Notes under the pieces: generated by a model | Databases searched by the model: none | What the model was told of the DNA's origin: nothing | Seen by the model: the letters and a program-made list of their open reading frames with translations, nothing else | In this document: positions 62,640 to 64,000 of the stretch, piece by piece | Numbering within the stretch: position 1 is the stretch's first letter | Layout of the letters: every line of letters begins with the position of its first letter | Program-made: the position numbers and the translations under genes | From: Dicyema japonicum | Lineage: Eukaryota; Animalia; Dicyemida | DNA: 64,000 nt | NCBI GenBank assembly: GCA_011109175.1 | Contig: RDEW01000026.1 | Coordinates: 327,695 to 391,694 of the forward strand | Reading direction: 5' to 3'

Positions 62640-64000
62640 TTGGTTTTACCGTGGTCTTGGGTTAAATAAATAAAAAAAGCACGTTTTTCAGACATGTTAG
62701 TAATTAGTTTGTTAATAGCACCTCCGCGTTGCCATAAGCACGTAAAATGCCTAGGGGTTTCGCTCGTACCGTACACTCGACTATCCTCCCAATCAGCCCT
62801 CTCCATTTAGCTCTGTTTCTCGCGCGTTTACGAATATCCTCAAGATCGTGACCCCGAAATCCAATTCCGTGACTTGAATAGTAATCTTCCATGATTTGAT
62901 TGCAAGGAATCACTTCGTCCATTCTCACATGTCCGAAGAGTCGCCAGTGTGAGGTAATTACTTGTCTGCTTATCGGTTTGCATTTACATAATTTGTAGAA
63001 AGTGTCGTTTCTGATAATCTGTGGCCATTTGATTCCCGCTATTTTTCTCAATTGATTTCTATGAAATGTGTCTAGTCTGTCAAGGTCAGTTTTTGAAGTT
63101 CCTCATGTTCCCGAGTTATTTAATAGGACTGGTTGTATGAACGCGTTATATAATCGCATCAGAAGATTTAAGGAGATAAGTTTTCTGAGAGTCCAAATAC
63201 TCCACATCTTTTTCAATGCACACGATGCCAACATCTTTCTACGAGCAATGTCCTCAGCATCACCCAAAAACGAGCCGAGCCTCTTAGTAAACCTCCATTT
63301 CTCATCAATCCATGTCGATAACCGCTGAATCGAAGTTAACTCTGTTTTTTCTGAATTGATCTTCAAAGACCACCTCTCCAGAACAGTTGTGGCTTTATCT
63401 ACTGCAGTTCTAGTACCTCCACATCCTCAGACACAAAATCGATGTCATCAGCATATATCAATTCCACAAAATGATTATTTAAGTGACCCAATTCTTTTCT
63501 AACGTCCCTCAACGCAACTTCCAAATAGATTGCAAAGAGAACTGGCAAAAGCGAGTCCCCTTGAGGAGTACCAATCCCGGTCGTGAATTTTTCCGAATAG
63601 CCCTTCCCCACTTTTACTATGAGGCTCGTGTCAGCCAGCAAAAAACGCACAATCCTCAAACAGTCCTCATCAATTATGTCTTTGAGAACTTGCAGTAGTT
63701 TATCTCGGCAGACACATTCGAATGCTTTCGATAAGTCGACTCCCAGAATATACATTGTTTTTCTGTACTTCTGACATATTGCCGTAAGCCACCGATGACT
63801 CCATACTATATCAGCGGTCGATCTTCCTGGTCTGAATCCGCTTTGACTTGGTGACAAGTATTGGTCAACTGAATTTGACATTCAATGTTGTAATCGACAA
63901 TGTTTTTCGCAAAGTGGTCACCCACAATCGGCCTAAGATTTTCAATTGGACCTGCAGTTTTGCCATGTTTTTGTAAAAGAAGTAGAACTCCCATCGCGAT
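62640..64000 (-). mobile_element. RTE-like LINE RT and 3' end, relatively young; continues beyond the window
   Basis: QSGFRPGRSTADIVWSHRW, GVDLSKAF, GTPQGDSL.P, YADD, KINSEKTE, LYNAFIQPVLL, WRLFGHV. Confidence 0.92.

Overview
AT-rich eukaryotic, most likely animal, genomic scaffold containing a ~490-nt gap and several single-N joins. The ORF track hides the real genes because they are split by very short GT-AG introns (mostly 20-25 nt). Splicing by hand gives five recognisable genes: a miniaturised CEP152/Asterless-like protein (3351-4717, +, about 385 aa), MMACHC/CblC (two copies), an adhesion GPCR with mucin stalk, GPS and 7TM (one complete copy, one 3'-truncated), an aspartate-aminotransferase-family enzyme lacking Arg292 (40992-42332) and BNIP1/Sec20 (53179-53916, -). 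There are also decayed C-type-lectin-domain genes and a POLR3C-like fragment. The rest is decayed transposons (CRE-like and R4/Dong-like RLE elements, APE-RT LINEs, RTE, Tc1, hAT, and Ginger-like integrase elements that carry micro-introns themselves) plus nested 4-7 kb segmental duplications. Micro-introns at apparently conserved positions plus a centriole gene fit a reduced ciliated parasite such as a dicyemid mesozoan; that is inference. All homology calls are from motif recognition and recalled sequences, not database searches.
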